Shown here: positions 31,167 to 32,000 of the stretch, piece by piece
Position numbering within the stretch: the stretch's first letter is position 1
Layout of the letters: every line of letters starts with the position of its first letter
Made by a program: the position numbers and the translations under genes
The notes under the pieces: generated by a model
Database searches by the model: none
Told to the model about the DNA's origin: nothing
The model's input: the letters and a program-made list of their open reading frames with translations, nothing else
Origin: Micrococcus luteus NCTC 2665
GTDB lineage: Bacteria > Actinomycetota > Actinomycetes > Actinomycetales > Micrococcaceae
Length of the DNA: 32,000 nt
NCBI RefSeq assembly: GCF_000023205.1
Contig: NC_012803.1
Span: 2,400,001 to 2,432,000, forward strand
Direction of reading: 5' to 3'

Positions 31167-32000
31167 ATGATCATCACCGGACTCCTCCTCGGCCTCGTGC
31201 TGGGCTTCGTGTTCCAGCGCGGGCGCTTCTGCGTCACGGGCGCCTTCCGCGACCTGTTCACCATCCGGTCCACCCGATGGCTCACCGCGTTCATGGTGAT
31301 CGTGGCCGTCCAGTCGGTGGGCGTGTTCGCCCTCGACGCCCTGGGCGTGATCACCCTGGAGGCGGAGACGTTCCCGTGGCTGGGCACGATCATCGGCGGC
31401 CTGATCTTCGGCTTCTCGATCGTGCTCGCGGGCGGCTGCGCCACCGGCACGTACTACCGCGCGGGCGAGGGCCTCGTGGGCTCGTGGTTCGCGCTGATCT
31501 TCTACATCGTGGGCGCCACCGCATTCCGCAAGGGCCCGCTGGCCGGCACCACCGAGGCCGTCCGCTCCGTCGAGACGCAGACCGGCTCGTTCCAGCAGCT
31601 GACGGGATTGTCCCCGTGGGTGTTCGTGGCGTTGCTGGTGGCGGGCGTGGCTCTGGCGGTGCGTCATCACCTGCGCCGTGAGGCCGCCATGACCCGCTTC
31701 CGCCTGCCGGCGGCCAAGACCGGTCTGGCGCACGTGCTCACGGAGAAGGCGTGGCATCCGTTCGTCACCGCGGCGGTCATCGGCGTGCTGGCCGTGATCG
31801 CGTGGCCGCTGTCCTGGGCCACGGGACGTGAGTCCGGGCTGGGCATCACCGGCCCGTCGGCGAACATCGGCGCGTTCCTGGGCACCGGGGACATGGAGCT
31901 CGTGGACTGGGGCGTGCTGATGGTGACGGGCCTGCTGATCGGCTCGTTCGTGGCGGCGAAGGCCTCGGGCGAGTTCCGCGTCCGCGTTCCCGACGCGCGG
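31167..32000 (+). CDS. YeeE/YedE family sulfur-compound (thiosulfate-type) transporter, N-terminal 278 codons; continues past the right edge
   Basis: Not in the track because it has no stop in the window. My translation from the ATG at 31167 is MIITGLLLGLVLGFVFQRGRFCVTGAFRDLF...FGFSIVLAGGCATGTYYRAGEG...WPLSWATGRESGLGITGP.... The conserved-Cys motifs GRFCVTG and GGCATG are YeeE/YedE hallmarks. Confidence 0.85.
   Translation, partial: MIITGLLLGLVLGFVFQRGRFCVTGAFRDLFTIRSTRWLTAFMVIVAVQSVGVFALDALGVITLEAETFPWLGTIIGGLIFGFSIVLAGGCATGTYYRAGEGLVGSWFALIFYIVGATAFRKGPLAGTTEAVRSVETQTGSFQQLTGLSPWVFVALLVAGVALAVRHHLRREAAMTRFRLPAAKTGLAHVLTEKAWHPFVTAAVIGVLAVIAWPLSWATGRESGLGITGPSANIGAFLGTGDMELVDWGVLMVTGLLIGSFVAAKASGEFRVRVPDAR

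Overview
This is a very GC-rich, densely coding chromosomal segment. Codon third positions are almost always G/C. The gene content looks actinobacterial, possibly Micrococcales-like, but that is a guess from protein families only. I support about 30 protein-coding genes: a malF-malE sugar ABC transporter locus with a divergent LacI-type repressor and two palindromic operators, then an MsiK-like ATPase. These are followed by a long run of mostly monocistronic small enzyme and ligand-binding genes: three VOC/glyoxalase-like domains, two SRPBCC, two GyrI-like domains, DinB/DUF664, DJ-1/PfpI, GNAT, a mycoredoxin-like glutaredoxin, a DsbA/FrnE-like oxidoreductase, SDR, PhzF, an amidohydrolase, a Cys/Met PLP enzyme, an FAD-Rieske fusion, an ABC-F ATPase, an MFS transporter and a YeeE/YedE transporter running off the right edge. 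I saw no rRNA, tRNA, CRISPR array, transposase, integrase or phage structural gene. Most very long ORFs in the six-frame track are off-frame artefacts of the GC bias, with Arg/Gly/Pro/Ala-rich translations. I trimmed real genes to starts that have a Shine-Dalgarno-like purine tract. I did not find a convincing multi-gene novel system. The most unusual content is non-coding: at least three families of long, near-perfect intergenic palindromes, all in 3' intergenic positions. Two identical 24-bp-stem hairpins flank the DJ-1 gene. Three 72-73 bp elements with CACTTTGTGGGCCGAA termini each sit just after a minus-strand stop codon. One nested 21-bp-stem hairpin lies between convergent genes. A MerR gene is bracketed by a 32-bp direct repeat and element-terminus-like sequences. 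Other points worth a second look are a chromosomal lipoprotein with three tandem Ltp (phage superinfection-exclusion type) repeats, a small Cys-terminated ORF translationally coupled to the DsbA-like gene, a perfect 18-bp x4.8 in-frame VNTR in the ABC-F gene, a PCD-VOC fusion, and two or three decayed genes (an ADH with nonsense plus frameshift, an AGCS symporter with a homopolymer frameshift, and a GNAT stub).
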